Under the pieces are notes generated by a model. It was not told the origin of the DNA and did not search any database. It saw nothing but the letters and a program-made list of their open reading frames with translations. Shown here one piece after another: positions 39,314 through 51,702 of a stretch of 64,000 nt of DNA. The translations under genes were made by a program, and so were the position numbers. How positions within the stretch are numbered: position 1 is the first letter of the stretch; each line of letters begins with the position of its first letter. This stretch comes from Gammaproteobacteria bacterium (GTDB taxonomy: Bacteria; Pseudomonadota; Gammaproteobacteria; UBA4575), in NCBI GenBank assembly GCA_965222615.1, contig CBDCUI010000008.1, positions 416,001-480,000 on the forward strand. Reading direction: 5' to 3'.

Positions 39314-39344
39314 AATGTCTACTTTGGACCGCAAGTAGTCGTTA
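39314..39344. repeat. cassette-type palindrome B2
   Basis: aatgtctactttggaccgcaagtagtcgtta, same orientation as B1. Confidence 0.6.
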
Positions 39345-39476
39345 AATTGCGACAATGTATTTGCGGCATGGGCCAAAAATAATCATCCTGAATCAGATCG
39401 CATTTTCTAAGATACGATTCTTGCTCGCATATCCGTGTATTCATACTTTGTGTGGATAGCGGTTATTAAGAATTTA

Positions 39477-40502
39477 TCAAAACAGCTTAGAATCTTGTTC
39501 TTTCTGCTGCCAAGAAAAAGACAATTTATCCAACGTAGTATGTACGGATGTTGCAATTCGTTCACTAATTGTTTTAGGCACCGTGTAAGTCACTTCATAG
39601 ATATCTGCATCGTTACTTGCATTTAATAAATAATCATCACTGGTGATTAACTCGTCAACTAAATTAAGTGAGAGTGCACGGCTGGCAAGCCAGTGTTCAC
39701 CAGTTGCAACTTGATCGATATCCAAATTAGGACGGTTATCTTTAACAAATTCTTTAAACAGTGCGTGAGTATCTTCAAGCTGTTCATTAAAGTGCTCGCG
39801 ATCTTCAGGGGTGTTTTTGCCAAACATAGTGATGGTGCGTTTCAGCTCACCAGCTTTCATCAGTTCAAAGTCAACTCCATGCTTATCGAGCATGCGATTA
39901 AAGTTAGGTATTTGAGCGAGTACACCGATAGAACCGACGATTGCAAATGGTGCCGCTAAGATTTTATCGGCAACACACGCCATCATATAGCCACCACTTG
40001 CAGCTACCTTGTCGACTGCAATTGTAAGTGGGATGTCTTTTTGTTTAATGCGTTGCAACTGTGATGCGGCAAAGCCGTGTTCATGCACTAGACCACCCGC
40101 ATTTTCAAGACAGACTACGACTTCATCATTTTTAGTCGCTACCGACAATATTGCAGTAATTTCTTTGCGCAAGTGACGTACAGCGGTCGCCTTTATATTG
40201 CCTAAGAAGTTTAGTACGAAAATTCGTTTTCTATCTTTGCTTGTGGCAGTTTTCTTTTCTAGCTTAGTTTCTTTTTTGCGCTGTTTCTTAGCTTTTTTTA
40301 ATTCCTTTTTTGGCAGTAAAGAAAAACGTAAGGTGTCTGCCATAGATTTGTACTTTTCATTAAGATTGGTAATTTCGAAATGGTCATCTGACCTAGCCTT
40401 CTTTGAAAATGAGAAGACTAAGCTTGCAAGCAACCAGATGAATATTAAAATTGTAATCGCTTTTGCTAAAAATAAACCGTAATCCGTTATAAATTCAAGC
40501 AT
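39477..40502 (-). CDS. sohB: S49 family protease SohB
   Basis: YGLFLAK, VDKVAASGGYMMACVA, GSIGV, VATGEHW. Confidence 0.95.
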   Translation of the reverse strand: MLEFITDYGLFLAKAITILIFIWLLASLVFSFSKKARSDDHFEITNLNEKYKSMADTLRFSLLPKKELKKAKKQRKKETKLEKKTATSKDRKRIFVLNFLGNIKATAVRHLRKEITAILSVATKNDEVVVCLENAGGLVHEHGFAASQLQRIKQKDIPLTIAVDKVAASGGYMMACVADKILAAPFAIVGSIGVLAQIPNFNRMLDKHGVDFELMKAGELKRTITMFGKNTPEDREHFNEQLEDTHALFKEFVKDNRPNLDIDQVATGEHWLASRALSLNLVDELITSDDYLLNASNDADIYEVTYTVPKTISERIATSVHTTLDKLSFSWQQKEQDSKLF

Positions 40503-40526
40503 GTTAAATCTATCCTATCTCTTTTA

Positions 40527-41360
40527 TTAATTATATGAGCACGTGTAGCTACTAAAAAATTGCCCATAACTATTTTCTGAAATCTCATCATAAAATAATG
40601 TATTCAATTGGAGTCGACAGTTAGTTAATAGTTCTCCATCTAATAACGTTCCAAATACTTCTCCACCGAGAAATTGATGTGAGCTGGTTAAATACAATTT
40701 ATCTAATTGTTGGTCTTGCACCATAGTATGCAACATCTTTGGGCCCGCAATGAGATAAATGTGTTTATAGCCGTACTTAGTTAGTGCCTCTATCAAAGGG
40801 GCACCTTCTACATAAGTTGTTTTGCCGGCAGTTAGTATTTCATATCCTTGTTGTTGCCATTTTGCCAGCAAACTCTCGTGAGTCTTTTGGCCGGTAGCAA
40901 TATAGGTCTTTTGTCCATTTTCTTGAATGGATGGGTGCATGGGAAAGTCTAGCGTTGAACTTGCGATCACAATATCTGGGTTTGGACTCAGCCCTTTTTG
41001 TTTACGCCATTCATGTAGGGCAGTAAATTCTTTATCGTCACGTAGCTGCAGTATATTGCCAAGTTTATTGCTTGCTAAGTTGCGCATATAGCCTGCATGG
41101 GTAATCAAACAATCTGCTTGTGTGTAGAGTTCCAAAAACAATCGAAAATCTTCTTTGCTGGTTAAAGATTCAGGTAAGTGTAGATCTGAATCGGCATCTT
41201 TGCTTAATGCAATACGGCCATCGAGGCTAGTGACAAAGTTAGCCGCAACCACAGGTTTTGTTCTATTGGGCTGGTACCAGCCGTGATGGTGTAAATATAG
41301 GTTCTCCAAATCAAATGTAGTAGATGGATGCGGAAATAAGCGTAAGATTTGCTTTGACAT
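40527..41360 (-). CDS. RibD C-terminal (reductase) domain protein
   Basis: ANFVTSLDGRIA, AGPKMLHTM, LDKLYLT. Confidence 0.82.
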   Translation of the reverse strand: MSKQILRLFPHPSTTFDLENLYLHHHGWYQPNRTKPVVAANFVTSLDGRIALSKDADSDLHLPESLTSKEDFRLFLELYTQADCLITHAGYMRNLASNKLGNILQLRDDKEFTALHEWRKQKGLSPNPDIVIASSTLDFPMHPSIQENGQKTYIATGQKTHESLLAKWQQQGYEILTAGKTTYVEGAPLIEALTKYGYKHIYLIAGPKMLHTMVQDQQLDKLYLTSSHQFLGGEVFGTLLDGELLTNCRLQLNTLFYDEISENSYGQFFSSYTCSYN

Positions 41361-41423
41361 GTATGTGAACGAATAATTTTAGTTGAAAATTTGTATTATC
41401 CTAGCACGAGCATTTCTAAACTT

Positions 41424-41792
41424 ATGCAAAAACCAGGTATTTCCACTGCAATTCCAAAGCAACGCTATAAGTTTGGGGCATATACGATTGTTGCGCTTGA
41501 AGAAATTACTTCAAATGATGGATTGGAATACGAGTATTTGCTTGCAGCTATCAAAGACGGGCACAATGAGCCTGAAGTGTTTATTACCTGCGAAAAAGCT
41601 CTTGATACCGAGGTTGATAACGGTTCTCACATCGTACGCGTATTTGCCGATCAGTTGGGTGACGATGAATCTGGGAAGATCATTGATCAATCCAACTCTT
41701 GGTCAAATAAGACTGCATTTGTTACTTATGCGCTCTCGGGTTTTCAGCAGATGCTGCAGCTGCAAGACGAGCAGCCAATTCCTTTAACTTAA
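41424..41792 (+). CDS. hypothetical protein
   Basis: Open frame ending 11 bp before mutL; ATG at 41424. Confidence 0.7.
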   Translation: MQKPGISTAIPKQRYKFGAYTIVALEEITSNDGLEYEYLLAAIKDGHNEPEVFITCEKALDTEVDNGSHIVRVFADQLGDDESGKIIDQSNSWSNKTAFVTYALSGFQQMLQLQDEQPIPLT

Positions 41793-41803
41793 GTCACGTA
41801 GTT

Positions 41804-43618
41804 ATGAAACCTATTCAACAGTTATCTACACACCTCATTAATCAAATTGCTGCGGGGGAAGTGATTGAAAGACCTGCATCGGTATTAAAAGAGTTATTGG
41901 AAAATGCCTTAGATGCAAAAGCCACAAAAATTTCGGTTGAATTGGATCAAGGTGGCATTACTACGATTCGGGTTAGTGACAATGGGCATGGCATCCCAAA
42001 AGATGAAATTCCTCTAGCTTTAGCGCGACATGCAACGAGTAAAATTTCGTCACTAGAAGATTTAGAACAAATTACTTCTCTTGGTTTTAGAGGTGAGGCC
42101 CTTCCAAGTATTGCATCGGTTTCTAGATTTAAAATTGCATCTAATGTAAATGTAGAAGGAAACGCAGGTTGGTGTGTGACAGGTGAAGGAGGTGAATTTT
42201 CACAAGATCCTGTGCCTGCGCGCCAAGAGTGTGGTACTACAGTTGAGGTAAAAGATATATTTTTTAATGTGCCTGCACGTAAAAAATTTCTACGTACAGA
42301 GAGAACCGAATTACAACACTGTGAAGCGATATTACGCAAAATCGCATTAAGTCGTTTTGATGTAAATTTGACAGCAAAGCATAATGGGCGCGAGAGTTTT
42401 GATTTTCGTTCAGCCAACTCCGAACATGATCGCACACTTCGTTTAGGAAAGATTTGTGGGCGGCAGTTTTCTGAACAAAGTATCTATTTAGAAAATATAG
42501 CTCAGGATGTAAGTATTCGTGGTTGGATTAGTCTGCCGACATTTTCGCGTAGTCAAGCGGATTTACAATATTTTTATGTTAATGGTCGAGTCATTCGTGA
42601 CAAGGTCATAGCGCATGCTATCAAGCAGGCTTACAAAGATGTTTTATATCAAGGCAGATTTCCAGCTTTTGTTTTGTTCTTAGAAATTGATCCTACTCAG
42701 GTTGATGTAAATGCGCATCCAACCAAACACGAAGTACGTTTTCGCCAAGCAAGGTATGTGCATGACTTTATACGCCACACTATTGCCAAAGCCATTGCCG
42801 AGACCATGCCTAAAGTTGAACAACAAGCGGCTCAGCAGTATCGAGAAGTAGTGGATGATTATATCCGTGCAGCACAAGCGCAGAGTTCTTTGCCGCAATA
42901 TGATTATTCTAACGCATCAACGCAAGCACATAGCCAAGTACATGAGGTCGATACAGACTACACAACTACTACACTGCCTGATCCAGTTTTAGAAACCAGT
43001 ACAACAGAGATTGGCTTACCTACTGCAGAACAAGCGCCGCCACTTGGATATGCCATTGCGCAACTGCATGGTATTTATATCCTTGCACAAAATGCAAGTG
43101 GCTTAATTATTGTTGATATGCATGCTGCGCATGAACGGATTGTGTATGAACAACTAAAATGTCAACACCAACAAGGTGAATTAGCTACTCAACCATTATT
43201 AATGCCGCTGACTATAAATGTGAGTCAACAAGAAGCTGATTTATCTGAGCAGTATCAAGATTTATTTTCTAAATTTGGATTTCATATTGAACGCTTTGGA
43301 AATGAAAGCATCGTAGTGCGCGAGATTCCATCACTATTACAGCAGGGCGATGTAAATGAATTGATTAGGGATGTATTGACAGATTTAAATATGTTTGGTT
43401 CATCTGAAAAACTTGAACAGGCAAATAATCAATTGCTTGCAACCATGGCCTGTTATGGTTCGGTTCGTGCACATCGAAAATTGACTATAACGGAAATGAA
43501 TGCCTTATTGCGTGAGATGGAAACCACGGAAAGAAGCGCACAATGTAATCATGGGCGCCCAACCTGGGTGCAATTAAGTGTGGAACAGTTAGATAAATTG
43601 TTTAAACGTGGCCAATGA
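41804..43618 (+). CDS. mutL: DNA mismatch repair protein MutL
   Basis: NQIAAGEVIERP, GFRGEALPSI, DMHAAHER endonuclease motif, CNHGRP. Confidence 0.98.
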   Translation: MKPIQQLSTHLINQIAAGEVIERPASVLKELLENALDAKATKISVELDQGGITTIRVSDNGHGIPKDEIPLALARHATSKISSLEDLEQITSLGFRGEALPSIASVSRFKIASNVNVEGNAGWCVTGEGGEFSQDPVPARQECGTTVEVKDIFFNVPARKKFLRTERTELQHCEAILRKIALSRFDVNLTAKHNGRESFDFRSANSEHDRTLRLGKICGRQFSEQSIYLENIAQDVSIRGWISLPTFSRSQADLQYFYVNGRVIRDKVIAHAIKQAYKDVLYQGRFPAFVLFLEIDPTQVDVNAHPTKHEVRFRQARYVHDFIRHTIAKAIAETMPKVEQQAAQQYREVVDDYIRAAQAQSSLPQYDYSNASTQAHSQVHEVDTDYTTTTLPDPVLETSTTEIGLPTAEQAPPLGYAIAQLHGIYILAQNASGLIIVDMHAAHERIVYEQLKCQHQQGELATQPLLMPLTINVSQQEADLSEQYQDLFSKFGFHIERFGNESIVVREIPSLLQQGDVNELIRDVLTDLNMFGSSEKLEQANNQLLATMACYGSVRAHRKLTITEMNALLREMETTERSAQCNHGRPTWVQLSVEQLDKLFKRGQ

Positions 43619-43623
43619 TCGTT

Positions 43624-43762
43624 CTAAAAATGTACTTTTTTCGCGATAGTTACATCAGCACTGTGCTTAAATTCTCATATAACACTACACTGCACCTACG
43701 TTAAATATTTTCGTCCGCATAGTGCTTCCTTAATTCTCACAAAAAAATTACTATTTTTAAAG
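43624..43762. mobile_element. degenerate MITE-like palindromic element, copy 4
   Basis: Imperfect terminal IR ctaaaaatgtactttttt / aaaaaaattactatttttaaag; inner agcactgtgc / gcatagtgct. Confidence 0.4.
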
Positions 43763-43808
43763 ACTCCTAAAAAATATAATTTTAGATTTAACTAACAATA
43801 GAAATCGA

Positions 43809-44738
43809 TTGAGCGCTATTCCGGTAGTTTTTTTAATGGGCCCAACGGCTTGTGGCAAAACTGAACTCGCATTTAAAATTTATGAGCAGTTTTCATGTGA
43901 AATAATCAGCGTCGATTCCGTAATGGTATACCGTGGTTTGGACATTGGTTCTGCCAAACCAAGTAAAGAAGTATTACAAAATTATCCGCATCATTTAATT
44001 GACATTCTTGACCCAAGTGAGTCGTATTCAGCAGCTTGTTTTCGAGCGGATGCCTTGCAGTTAATCAGGGAAATCCATGCCAGAAACAATATGGCATTGT
44101 TGGTGGGTGGCACGATGTTGTACTTTAGTGTGCTGCAATGGGGCTTGTCACAAATGCCCAGTGCAAATGCCGCAGTGCGTAAAATGTTAAGTGAACAAGC
44201 AGAGCTAAAAGGCTGGGAATCCATGCATGCTCGACTTAATGAAGTTGATCCGCAAGCTGCTGCACGGATTCATCCAAATGATCCTCAACGTATTCAACGG
44301 GCATTAGAAGTTTATGAATTAACAGGTATGCCGATAAGTACCTGGCATGCAAAACATAAAAAGCCTGTTCAGTCGTTGAATGCACTAAAGATAGCTTTGC
44401 TACCCGCCAGCCGAAGCTTGCTGCACCAGCGTATCGAATATCGCTTTCAATGTATGCTTGAAGAGGGTTTTATGGATGAGATGAAGTGGTTTTATCAGCG
44501 TGATGACATGCATCCCGAGCTTCCCGCAATGCGCTCAGTGGGCTATCGACAAGCTTGGAGACACCTAGATGGTGAGTATGATTACAAAACAATGTGTGAA
44601 AAAGTGGTAATCGCGACACGACAACTTGCTAAACGACAGCTTACTTGGTTGAAAAATGAAGTTGGTCTGACGAGTATTTCTGCTGAGAAGTACGATATTC
44701 ATGACGTTTGTCATAAAATTCACTCACATATAGACTGA
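43809..44738 (+). CDS. miaA: tRNA dimethylallyltransferase
   Basis: MGPTACGKT, SVDSVMVYRGLDIGSAKP, TRQLAKRQLTW. Confidence 0.97.
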   Translation: MSAIPVVFLMGPTACGKTELAFKIYEQFSCEIISVDSVMVYRGLDIGSAKPSKEVLQNYPHHLIDILDPSESYSAACFRADALQLIREIHARNNMALLVGGTMLYFSVLQWGLSQMPSANAAVRKMLSEQAELKGWESMHARLNEVDPQAAARIHPNDPQRIQRALEVYELTGMPISTWHAKHKKPVQSLNALKIALLPASRSLLHQRIEYRFQCMLEEGFMDEMKWFYQRDDMHPELPAMRSVGYRQAWRHLDGEYDYKTMCEKVVIATRQLAKRQLTWLKNEVGLTSISAEKYDIHDVCHKIHSHID

Positions 44739-44833
44739 TCGAGCTGGTACACTATCATTTTTGAGTGGTAGACATAGTAATGTTGGTAACTCAATAATAG
44801 ACAAAAATAACAATAACTAGAGGTGTTACAGTA

Positions 44834-45067
44834 ATGTCAAAAGGCCAAACTCTCCAAGAGCCCTTTCTTAATGCATTGCGAAAAGAAAAAATCCCGGTCG
44901 CAATATATCTGGTAAATGGAATTAAACTACAAGGCCAGGTTGATTCATTCGATCAATTTGTTGTGTTGCTTAAAAATAGTGTAAACCAAATGGTGTACAA
45001 GCATGCCATTTCTACAATAGTACCTTCAAGGATGGTTAAAATACCCTTTGATGAGCAGCCTGAATAA
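44834..45067 (+). CDS. hfq: RNA chaperone Hfq
   Basis: [30 protein letters not shown]. Confidence 0.99.
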   Translation: MSKGQTLQEPFLNALRKEKIPVAIYLVNGIKLQGQVDSFDQFVVLLKNSVNQMVYKHAISTIVPSRMVKIPFDEQPE

Positions 45068-45106
45068 GTATATTTTTAGTATTGCACTTTTCACTGGAGT
45101 GACTGT

Positions 45107-46390
45107 TTGTTTGAGCGTCCAGATATAGGTCAACGCGCAATTCTTGTTCATGTACGTTTTCGCAGTGCGTCCAATAATCAAGAGATCAACGAGTTTAAGG
45201 AATTAGTTAAATCTACAGGCGCAGAAATTGCTACGGTTATCACCGTACAAAGGAACACACCAGATGCCAAGCTTTTGATTGGAAGTGGTAAAGTAGCGGA
45301 AATTGGTGGCCTGGCACGTTCCCTAGATGCAGATATCATTATCTTTAATTATTCATTATCACCAAGTCAGGAACGTAATGTAGAAAAAATATGTAAGAGA
45401 CGCGTATTAGATAGAACGGGATTGATACTGGATATTTTTGCTCAACGAGCACGATCTTATGAGGGTAAATTACAAGTAGAGCTGGCACAATTAAAATATT
45501 TATCTACTCGGCTTGTGCGTGGTTGGAGTCACTTGGAGCGCCAAAAAGGTGGCATCGGTCTGCGTGGACCAGGTGAAAAACAACTTGAATCAGATCGACG
45601 TTTACTTCGACAACGTATAAAACAAATTTCTAAACGCTTGGATAAGCTGCGTGCACAACGCGATCAAAGTCGAGCAGCAAGAAGGAAAACAACAACTCCT
45701 ACTGTTGCAATCGTAGGTTACACCAATGCAGGCAAGTCTACACTGTTTAATACATTAACTAACTCTAGTGTTTATTCGGCAGATAAATTATTTGCAACCT
45801 TGGATCCAACATTACGTCGATTACAAATATCTAAGGGACAATATGTAGTGCTGGCTGATACAGTAGGATTTATTCAAGATTTACCGCATGATTTGATCGA
45901 ATCCTTTCATGCTACTTTGCTAGAAACTCAAGAAGCAGATTTGATTTTACATATCGTTGATGCAAGCGATGAAAATCGTGACAATAATATTGAAGAAGTT
46001 GAGTCTGTACTTAAACAAATCAATGCTTCTGAAATTCCTCAAATTTTGATTTATAACAAGATAGATCAAATCAATATGCTGTCCAATGTGCAATTGGATC
46101 AAACTGGAAACATACAGCAAGTTTGGATTTCAGCGTTACGAAGTCAAGGTTTGGACCTTTTAATTAAAGCGCTTCGGCAGAATTTTGATTTCAAAACGAA
46201 ACGAATTTGGCTACGACTACCACCTTCAGCAGGCTATTTGCGTAGCGATTTATATGATAAAGATGAAGTTGTACAAGAATTTGCAGATGATGAGGGATAT
46301 TGGCAGATTGAAGCTGAAATTCCCATGCATAGGCTTAAAAGATTTGTGGGATTTCAAATTCCTCCACAGTCAAAGCAACTTGCTAGCTAA
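45107..46390 (+). CDS. hflX: ribosome rescue GTPase HflX
   Basis: RGPGEKQLE, VGYTNAGKST, LFATLDPT, DTVGFI. Confidence 0.97.
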   Translation: MFERPDIGQRAILVHVRFRSASNNQEINEFKELVKSTGAEIATVITVQRNTPDAKLLIGSGKVAEIGGLARSLDADIIIFNYSLSPSQERNVEKICKRRVLDRTGLILDIFAQRARSYEGKLQVELAQLKYLSTRLVRGWSHLERQKGGIGLRGPGEKQLESDRRLLRQRIKQISKRLDKLRAQRDQSRAARRKTTTPTVAIVGYTNAGKSTLFNTLTNSSVYSADKLFATLDPTLRRLQISKGQYVVLADTVGFIQDLPHDLIESFHATLLETQEADLILHIVDASDENRDNNIEEVESVLKQINASEIPQILIYNKIDQINMLSNVQLDQTGNIQQVWISALRSQGLDLLIKALRQNFDFKTKRIWLRLPPSAGYLRSDLYDKDEVVQEFADDEGYWQIEAEIPMHRLKRFVGFQIPPQSKQLAS

Positions 46391-46474
46391 CTAGCTGATT
46401 TTTTCTAGTGACTTGATAGAATGCTAGGCAGCATAAATAAAAATTAATTCTGAAAACGTTCTCGGAGTAAAGCC

Positions 46475-47617
46475 ATGCCTTGGAATAGCCCAGGAGGCAA
46501 TAAAGACAATGACCCTTGGAGTCAGAATTCTGGCAATCAGGGTCCCCCAGATTTAGACGAAATATTTCGAAATTTAACTAAGAAGTTTGGCGGAATTTTT
46601 GGTTCGGGTTCATCCGGTGGTAGTAGTGGTAGCAAGGGAAGACCCAGTGCGTCCATGCTGTCATTTATTGTGATAGCGGGGCTTGCGGCTTGGGCCCTTA
46701 CGGGATTTTACACCGTGCAACAGCCCGAAAGAGGTGTAGAACTCAAATTTGGGAAATACAAACGAACCACTACGGCTGGTTTAAATTGGCATTGGCCGTT
46801 TCCGATCGAGAAAGTTGAAAAAGTAAATGTGGATGTCGTGCGGGAAGTATCACACAGAACTTCAATGCTGACACAAGATGAGAATATTGTTGAAGTTTCA
46901 TTAGAAGCGCAATACAAAATTAAAAGCGCTGAAGATTATAAATTTAATTTAAGAGATCCAGATGTTACCGTTAAGGATGCAATGGAAAGTGCCGTACGCG
47001 AGATTGTTGGGAAAAGTACTATTGATTTTGTACTGTTTGAAGGGCGGGAACAGATATCAAGTGCAACGCGAGAACTTCTACAAGGAATTATGGATGTATA
47101 TGGTGCAGGGATTTACATTCAAAAAGTAAACTTAGAGGAATCCCAACCGCCGGAGCAAGTGAAAGCCGCGTTTTCAGATGCAATTAAATCACGTGAAGAT
47201 CGTGACCGGTTTATCAAAGAGGCGGAAGCCTATGAAAATAGTATCATCCCGCAGGCACGTGGTGAGGCGTCAAGAATTTTGCAGGAAGCTCAAGCGTACC
47301 GTGATCGAGTAGTTGCAAATTCTGAAGGTGAAGCCAAACGCTTTTTGAAATTATTAACAGAATATGAGAAGGCACCCGAAGTGACGCGCGAACGTTTATA
47401 CCTTGAAGCAGTAGAATCGGTATTTTCTAACAGCAATAAAGTATTAATGGACGTCGAAGGAGGGAATAATTTACTTTATTTACCGCTTGATCAAATAATG
47501 AAGCCGCGTTCGATGAGTCCAAATGCTGCCCAAGATGTATTTACTTCTGACAAATTTGGCTTAAGCAATAAACAAAATAGTTCGGGGCGACCCGAGCGTG
47601 GTAGAGAGGGTCGCTAA
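46475..47617 (+). CDS. hflK: FtsH modulator HflK
   Basis: MPWN, GPPDLDE, SPFH domain, APEVTRERLY. Confidence 0.96.
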   Translation: MPWNSPGGNKDNDPWSQNSGNQGPPDLDEIFRNLTKKFGGIFGSGSSGGSSGSKGRPSASMLSFIVIAGLAAWALTGFYTVQQPERGVELKFGKYKRTTTAGLNWHWPFPIEKVEKVNVDVVREVSHRTSMLTQDENIVEVSLEAQYKIKSAEDYKFNLRDPDVTVKDAMESAVREIVGKSTIDFVLFEGREQISSATRELLQGIMDVYGAGIYIQKVNLEESQPPEQVKAAFSDAIKSREDRDRFIKEAEAYENSIIPQARGEASRILQEAQAYRDRVVANSEGEAKRFLKLLTEYEKAPEVTRERLYLEAVESVFSNSNKVLMDVEGGNNLLYLPLDQIMKPRSMSPNAAQDVFTSDKFGLSNKQNSSGRPERGREGR

Positions 47618-47618
47618 T

Positions 47619-48482
47619 ATGAATATAAAAATAATTATAGGAATACTCATAGCGATCATTATCGCGTCTTGGGCTTTTGTTTTCCAAGTGGATCAAAGAC
47701 AAAAAGCAATTAAATTGCAATTTGGTGAAATAAAAGACGCAACACTTGCGCCAGGGCTGCATTTTAAATTACCCGTTGTAAATACTATAGAAAAGTACGA
47801 TTCACGTATTCTTACCTTAGATGTTCCGCCAACCGAATTTCCTACCAGTGAGAAAAAATACGTTAAAGTAGATTTTTACGCGAAATGGCGAATTTCGGAT
47901 GTAGAGGAATATTTCAAGGCAACAAGCGGGCAGGAGTCACAAGCCAATCAGCGTTTAGAATTGATTCTTGTTAATGGGTTAAAGAACGAATTTGGTAAGC
48001 GTACTATACAAGAGGTTGTATCAGGGGAGCGCAGTGAAATTATGGATGTCATTCAAATTCAATCGAATGAAGATTCTAAAAACTTTGGTATAGAAGTAGT
48101 TGACGTTCGAGTCAGTAAAATTGATCTTCCTGATGATGTGAGTGAATCTGTATTTAATCGAATGCGTGCGGAACGAGATCGTGTAGCTAAAGATTTTCGT
48201 GCACGAGGAAAAGAACAGGCTGAAATCATTCGTGCAAAATCAGATAAGGAACGAACAGTAATTCTAGCGAATGCTTACAATGAAGCGGAACAGATTCGCG
48301 GTGATGGAGATGCGCGATCCGCAAAGATTTATGCTGATGCTTATACTAAAAACGAAGAATTCTACAGTTTTACTCGGAGTTTAAAGGCATATACCAATAC
48401 CTTTAATCAAAATGGTGATGTGTTGGTTATTGAGCCGGACTCTGATTTTTTCCGATATTTTAAGAAATCAGAACAAGAATAA
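47619..48482 (+). CDS. hflC: FtsH modulator HflC
   Basis: PGLHFKLP, RMRAER, FYSFTRSL; ATG at 47619. Confidence 0.96.
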   Translation: MNIKIIIGILIAIIIASWAFVFQVDQRQKAIKLQFGEIKDATLAPGLHFKLPVVNTIEKYDSRILTLDVPPTEFPTSEKKYVKVDFYAKWRISDVEEYFKATSGQESQANQRLELILVNGLKNEFGKRTIQEVVSGERSEIMDVIQIQSNEDSKNFGIEVVDVRVSKIDLPDDVSESVFNRMRAERDRVAKDFRARGKEQAEIIRAKSDKERTVILANAYNEAEQIRGDGDARSAKIYADAYTKNEEFYSFTRSLKAYTNTFNQNGDVLVIEPDSDFFRYFKKSEQE

Positions 48483-48506
48483 TCATCCCTTAGCTAGCTT
48501 GAATTC

Positions 48507-48701
48507 ATGTGGAATGACATACTGGTTGCAGTTGCACTTGTGCTGGTGTTTGAAGGTATTATTCCATTTCTAGTTCCAGATAAATTCAGGCAAGCACTCG
48601 CTCAACTCAGTCAATTACCAGATCAAGCGCTTCGTGTAATGGGTTTGGTGAGTATGATACTCGGGATCATTTTTCTTTATATTCTTAGGCTTGTTAACTA
48701 A
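48507..48701 (+). CDS. DUF2065 (YjeT-like) membrane protein
   Basis: ALVLVFEGIIPFL.P...LR..G; position after hflC. Confidence 0.9.
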   Translation: MWNDILVAVALVLVFEGIIPFLVPDKFRQALAQLSQLPDQALRVMGLVSMILGIIFLYILRLVN

Positions 48702-48704
48702 TTT

Positions 48705-49889
48705 ATGAGTAGAGAAGATCGTTGGTTATTACCTGAAGGAATAGAAGAGTCGTTGCCTGATGAGGCGGCATGGCTTGAACATTATCGTCGCACATTGCTC
48801 GATATGTTTTCCACTTGGGGCTATGAATTGGTCATAACGCCATTAATAGAGTATTTAGATTCATTATTGATTGGTCCAAGTGATGATTTAGATTTACAAA
48901 CTTTTAAATTGACCGATCAGCTTACCGGGCGAATGATGGGTGTGCGTGCCGATATGACATCACAAGTTGCGCGTATTGATGCACACATGTTAAAACGAGA
49001 TGCGCCCACGCGTTTTTGTTATTTAGGTACTGTGTTGCATACGCGCCCAAGTGGTCGTGATTTAACACGCAGTCCACTTCAGCTTGGTGTTGAACTATAT
49101 GGTCATTCTGGGATAGATAGTGATTTAGAAGTTATTGCCTTAATGCTCGAGGCATTAAAGCTTGTTGGTATCAAAAATATTTGTTTGGATTTAGGCCATG
49201 TTGGAATTTTTACTGGCTTAGTGCAACAGGCTGGTTTAAATGAGAATCAGCAAAAAACATTACAAACATTGTTACAACAAAAAGCTTTACCTGAGTATGA
49301 ACATTATTTATCTAAATGTGCGTTAACAGAAGAGTGGCAAGAAATATTAGTGTCACTTTCAGATCTCAGTGGTGATGTAGGCATAGTTGAACATGCGAAA
49401 AAAGTTTTACAAAAAACTAATGACTCTGTAATTGAAAATATAAATTATGTTGAAGAGCTTGCTAAGCGTGTGCACCAACTTTACTCAGATATTCAATTAC
49501 ATTTTGATTTTGCTGCATTAAGTGGTTATCGCTATCAAAATGGAGCAGTTTTTGCGGCATATATATCTGGTCAGGGTGAGCAAATAGCGCGTGGTGGGCG
49601 TTATGACATGATTGGCGAAGTATTTGGACGTTCTCGCCCCGCGACTGGATTTAGTTTAGATTTAAAAGAACTTGCAAAAATTTCGCCCAATACATGTAAA
49701 ACCATACGAGGCATATATGCACCGAACGTAAATGATGAAGAATTACGTAATAAAATAGCTCAACTAAGAGGGCAGGGTGAACGAGTAATCTGTGAATTAC
49801 AGAATCAGCATGGTGATGCAGCAAACATGAATTGCGATCGTGTTTTAGAAAAAGAAAATCAACAATGGATAGTCAAAGAAGTAAAATAA
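48705..49889 (+). CDS. hisZ: ATP phosphoribosyltransferase regulatory subunit
   Basis: WLLPEGI, RADMTSQVARID, GGRYD, RPATGFSLDL. Confidence 0.95.
   Translation: MSREDRWLLPEGIEESLPDEAAWLEHYRRTLLDMFSTWGYELVITPLIEYLDSLLIGPSDDLDLQTFKLTDQLTGRMMGVRADMTSQVARIDAHMLKRDAPTRFCYLGTVLHTRPSGRDLTRSPLQLGVELYGHSGIDSDLEVIALMLEALKLVGIKNICLDLGHVGIFTGLVQQAGLNENQQKTLQTLLQQKALPEYEHYLSKCALTEEWQEILVSLSDLSGDVGIVEHAKKVLQKTNDSVIENINYVEELAKRVHQLYSDIQLHFDFAALSGYRYQNGAVFAAYISGQGEQIARGGRYDMIGEVFGRSRPATGFSLDLKELAKISPNTCKTIRGIYAPNVNDEELRNKIAQLRGQGERVICELQNQHGDAANMNCDRVLEKENQQWIVKEVK

Positions 49890-51700
<1,811 letters not shown>

Positions 51701-51702
<2 letters not shown>

Noticed and set aside
18536-39344. Classical integron attC sites
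   Set aside because: The sites are ~30 bp, lack RYYYAAC/GTTRRRY cores, and no intI is in the window; they are reported as a distinct site type instead.
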